NCBI GenBank assembly: GCA_965235115.1
Contig: OZ249436.1
Location: 44,084,001-44,148,000, forward strand
Origin: Laetmonice hystrix
Lineage: Eukaryota
Length of the DNA: 64,000 bases
Reading direction: 5' to 3'
Part shown: positions 63,688 through 64,000 of the stretch, one piece after another
Layout of the letters: each line of letters begins with the position of its first letter
How positions within the stretch are numbered: position 1 is the stretch's first letter
Notes under the pieces: generated by a model
Told to the model about the DNA's origin: nothing
Database searches by the model: none
Seen by the model: only the letters and a program-made list of their open reading frames with translations
Position numbers and translations under genes: made by a program

Positions 63688-64000
63688 CTAGAAACAAATA
63701 CAGCATCTCTCGTAAAAAAACATTGGTCACGGCGCTTCGGATCACCTAGAAACAAATACAGCACCTCTCGTAAAAAAACATTGGTCACGGCGCTTCGGAT
63801 CATCTAGAAACAAATACAGCATCTCTCGTAAAAAAAACATTGGTCACGGCGCTTCGGATCATCTAGAAACAAATACAGCATCTCTCGTAAAAAAACATTG
63901 GTCACGGCGCTTCGGATCATCTAGAAACAAATACATGTACAGCATCTCTCGTAAAAAAAAAAAGGTCACGGCGCTTCGGATCATCTAGAAACAAATACAG
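63667..64000. repeat. About 58-bp minisatellite, 6 or more copies, runs off the window; spans the acceptor of exon 63482-63687
   Basis: ggtcacggcgcttcggatcatctagaaacaaatacagcatctctcgtaaaaaaacatt. Confidence 0.93.

Overview
Eukaryotic (animal-like) genomic DNA. The whole window lies inside one very large, intron-rich ABCA-subfamily lipid transporter gene on the minus strand, truncated at both window edges. I traced 52 GT-AG exons plus one candidate exon by hand; they join in a consistent frame (about 8.6 kb CDS, about 2,870 aa) and cover an enormous first extracellular domain (ECD1), TMD1, NBD1 (Walker [10 protein letters not shown], signature LSGGQ, Walker B/D-loop [11 protein letters not shown]-loop STHH), R1 and the first TM of the second half. 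Two features are unusual. (1) About 16 tandem arrays of unrelated sequence (roughly 28 kb in total, one of about 12 kb) are each built from a copy of one of the gene's own exon-intron junctions, giving hundreds of decoy splice sites, AG|GT recursive-type units and in-frame candidate cassette exons. (2) ECD1 is expanded to more than 2,000 aa by about 8 copies of a four-exon module with a fixed phase pattern and a paired-Cys motif resembling part of ABCA1 ECD1. Several MITEs and other minisatellites sit in the introns. The long ORFs in the ORF track are repeat artefacts. Coordinates and copy numbers are hand-derived.
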